From assembly GCA_045837725.1 (NCBI GenBank), contig JBEWZL010000138.1:46842-66841 (forward strand): DNA of 20,000 bases. The letters run 5' to 3'. Of the stretch, positions 18,951-20,000 are shown in pieces; the first letter of the stretch is position 1, and each line of letters starts with the position of its first letter. Made by a program: the position numbers and the translations under genes. This stretch comes from Vermamoeba vermiformis (Eukaryota). The notes beneath the pieces are model-generated. The model did not search any database, was not told the origin of the DNA, and worked only from the letters and a program-made list of their open reading frames with translations.

Positions 18951-20000
18951 TTATTCGGTATGTTCATCGATTTTGTTGCACAGTTGTTCCATTGTCTGCT
19001 CATTCAACATTAATAGACTCAAATATATAAATCAATAATTACTTACAGGTCGCGCGTTTGGATCCGTGTTCCAGCACATCTGCATGATCTCGCGCAGAAG
19101 TGGCGGACAGTCTTCAGGAATAATTGGGGTCATGCCCGATTCTCTGATTTTGATTCCAGTGTTCAAAATATCTTCACCAATGTGCGGCTCTTGTCGTGCA
19201 GTTATCTCGTACAAAATTATACCAAACATCCACACATCAGATTTGAAGCTGTAAGTTTGATTGGCAATCGATTCAGGAGCCATCCAACGAATAGGACCAA
19301 TGTTGGATGTCGTTTTGCCTGCTTGCGTGGCTTCTTTCAAGGCTCTTGACATGCCAAAATCAGATATTTTTGGCTCGCCATTGTGCATGAGAATATTTCT
19401 TGCGGCCAAATCACGATGGACAATATTATTTGTGTGCAAATGATAAAGTCCCTTGGCAATGCCAGTAGCAATGTGAATTTGCTGTGCTGTGGGAATTTTT
19501 TGGTTTGTGTCGAAGAGGAGATTGTCCAAACTGCCGTTGTTGCAGTACTCTAATATCACGAGGGGATAAGGACCATCCGTCGATACACCAAGCAGCTGAA
19601 CAATGTTGGGATGAGGAGGAATGTTCATCTGGAATTCTGCTTCTCTCAAAAACTCCTCTGTCGAAATTGCTGCATTGCCGACTTTGACTGCAACTTTAGT
19701 AGCTTGCCATTTGCCAAGGTACACTGAATTGACATTAGTTTTAAGGACACAAAGAAAAGCTCACTATACTTACCCTTGCCAAAAGAACCAGCACCAATCT
19801 CTTTTTCAAGTGTGACAGACTTGTGTGGTATCAATCTCTTGTCTGCTGATGAGAGTCGAGATAAAGGATTGTCGACTTGTTTGTTCTTGTTGGCACGTGA
19901 TTTTCTTCTCTTCATGCCCAGAATGACACCAACAACAATGCCAGCAACTACAAGGGGAACTACTACTGATGGCACCACAATTGCTGTGATGTTTTGGGGC
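18951..20000 (-). CDS. Single-pass receptor protein kinase with tyrosine-kinase-type motifs (TK/TKL), 5'-partial: TM helix plus kinase domain
   Basis: Exons >20000-19774, 19723-19047, 18995-18951. TM AIVVPSVVVPLVVAGIVVGVILGM followed by KRRK. Kinase motifs IGAGSFGKVYLG, VAVK, EEFLREA, HPNIVQLLG, HRDLAARN, DFG, GPIRWMAPE, SDVWMFG, MQMCW..P..RP; ends TMEQLCNKIDEHTE*. Confidence 0.93.

Overview
Gene-dense, AT-rich eukaryotic DNA with many short GT-AG introns (mostly GTAAGT/GTACGT donors, about 45-330 nt) and intergenic gaps of about 100-280 nt. The gene content suggests a free-living protist, probably amoebozoan (inference). I spliced eight genes by hand, with consistent intron phases: (1) an ExoIII/APE-family AP endonuclease with a PIP box and a low-complexity tail (-); (2) a JmjC/cupin_8 oxygenase with a signal peptide (-); (3) a TPR + split-SET/MYND (SMYD-type) methyltransferase (+); (4) a divergent Rab-like small GTPase fused to tandem BTB/BACK-like domains, interrupted by a single +1 frameshift (+); (5) an ARM-like + TPR protein resembling a family I know from land plants (+); (6) a predicted GPI-anchored alpha/beta-hydrolase with an IPT/TIG domain and a Pro-rich stalk (-); (7) an F-box + degenerate Sec7 + PH-like protein (+); (8) the 3' part of a single-pass receptor kinase with tyrosine-kinase-type motifs (-). 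A disrupted E/R-rich gene fragment with LERTSSRS repeats lies between genes 7 and 8. Non-coding signals are an apparent excess of GGATCC/GATCC motifs, fold-back inverted repeats in the longer introns, and a 53-nt intronic homopolymer. No RNA genes, CRISPR arrays or intact transposons were seen. The best novelty candidates are two cullin-ligase adaptor modules fused to small-GTPase-related domains (Rab-like-BTB; F-box-pseudo-Sec7-PH). All family assignments come from motif recognition, not database searches.
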